NCBI GenBank assembly: GCA_012295275.1
Contig: CM022675.1
Location: forward strand, 7,936,001-8,000,000
Length of the DNA stretch: 64,000 nt
Source of the DNA: Chrysomallon squamiferum
Lineage: Eukaryota > Animalia > Mollusca
Reading direction: 5' to 3'
The notes beneath the pieces are model-generated. The model saw only the letters and a program-made list of their open reading frames with translations. It was not told the origin of the DNA and made no database searches. Positions 63,060 to 64,000 of the stretch are shown in pieces (position 1 is the first letter of the stretch; the number at the start of each line of letters is the position of its first letter). The position numbers were made by a program, and so were the translations under genes.

Positions 63060-63160
63060 ATACAGAATACTCATTAGTGTTATTTTATTACGATCAAAAC
63101 ATCAATACCAATAGATCTTTCCTGACAGAAATAATTCCTTCATCCATTTGATTTTTCTTT
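63060..63160 (+). repeat. Copy of the 53.5-56.6 kb repeat family downstream of exon 4 (intron 4)
   Basis: ATACAGAATACTCATTAGTGTT...ACATCAATACCA.TAGATCTTT...GACAGAA.TAATTCCTTCATCCATTTGAT closely matches ~53583-53680. Confidence 0.85.
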
Positions 63161-63938
63161 GTTTTGTTTGTTTAAATATTTATTTATTTATTTATTTATT
63201 TAATTTATTAATTTATTTATTTGTTTGTTTGTTCATTTATTTACTTATCTATTTATTTATTTTTTTGTTTATTAATTAATTAATTTATTTATTTATTTCG
63301 TTTGTTTGTTTGTTCGTTTATTTACTTATCTATTGTTTTCTTTCTTTATTTATTTGTTGATCTGTTTGTTTATTTATTTATTTATTCATTTAATTGCTTT
63401 TTTTTTGTTTGTTTGTTTCTTTATTAATTTATGTAGTTATTTGTTTGTTTTACAGTTTGATTGTTTGTTTCCTTGGTAGTCTTTTTGTTTTATCATTTAT
63501 TGATTTACTTATTCATTTGAAATATACTTAATATTATAACTTATATAAGCAGACGTAAATCTTATAAAAGTCAATTTAAATGAACTGTTTTTCGTTTGCT
63601 CAATTTAGTGTAAATTTGGTTTATATTCTAAGATATTCATTTTCGTTTTTCCTTAGTATAATAATTTGTCATTCTCACCAAAGAGTATAAAGTTGATTAA
63701 TGACAGTTTTTCTGAATTATTTTTCTTAATGATTTACTGGAACGTTAATAATTTTAAGTTTTTATTTTATTTTATTTTATTAATTTAATTAAATTATTTT
63801 TATTCATTCATTTATAATAATGTATGCATATATATATATATACATACATATAAATGTGTGTTAGTGTGTGTGTTTGTGTGAGTGTGTTTGTGTGTGTCTG
63901 TTGGTGTGTGTGTTTGTGTCTGTGTTAGTGTGTGTGTT

Positions 63939-63972
<34 letters not shown>

Positions 63973-64000
63973 TTTGTGTTTGTGTTTGTGTGTATTTGTG

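Overview
Eukaryotic (animal, most plausibly molluscan or other lophotrochozoan; this is an inference) genomic DNA. It is very AT-rich and saturated with (GA)n, (AAT)n, (TAC)n, (TATC)n, (CATA)n and poly-A/T tracts, which explain almost all entries in the ORF track. Two real genes are supported. (1) A GC-rich rhodopsin-class GPCR coding exon on the minus strand (5584-6864) of the FMRFamide-receptor-like/GPR139-142-like type, preceded by a clear splice acceptor. (2) A small multi-exon plus-strand gene that is absent from the ORF track (exons 61076-61124, 61420-61458, 62341-62439, 62851-62958). It has a CCAAT/TATA/Inr promoter and encodes signal peptide + acidic linker + EGF-like module + ShK-toxin-like module, i.e. 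a toxin-like secreted cysteine-rich protein. Between the two genes lies a ~1 kb inverted duplication (46588-47610 / 52230-53116) that looks like a promoter plus first exon ending in ATG|GTGAGC. The left copy would splice in frame onto the GPCR exon across ~39.8 kb. Also present are two MITEs, several minisatellites (one built from the intron 3' splice-site region), a 107-bp/(TAC)n compound array and a perfect 150-bp duplicate.
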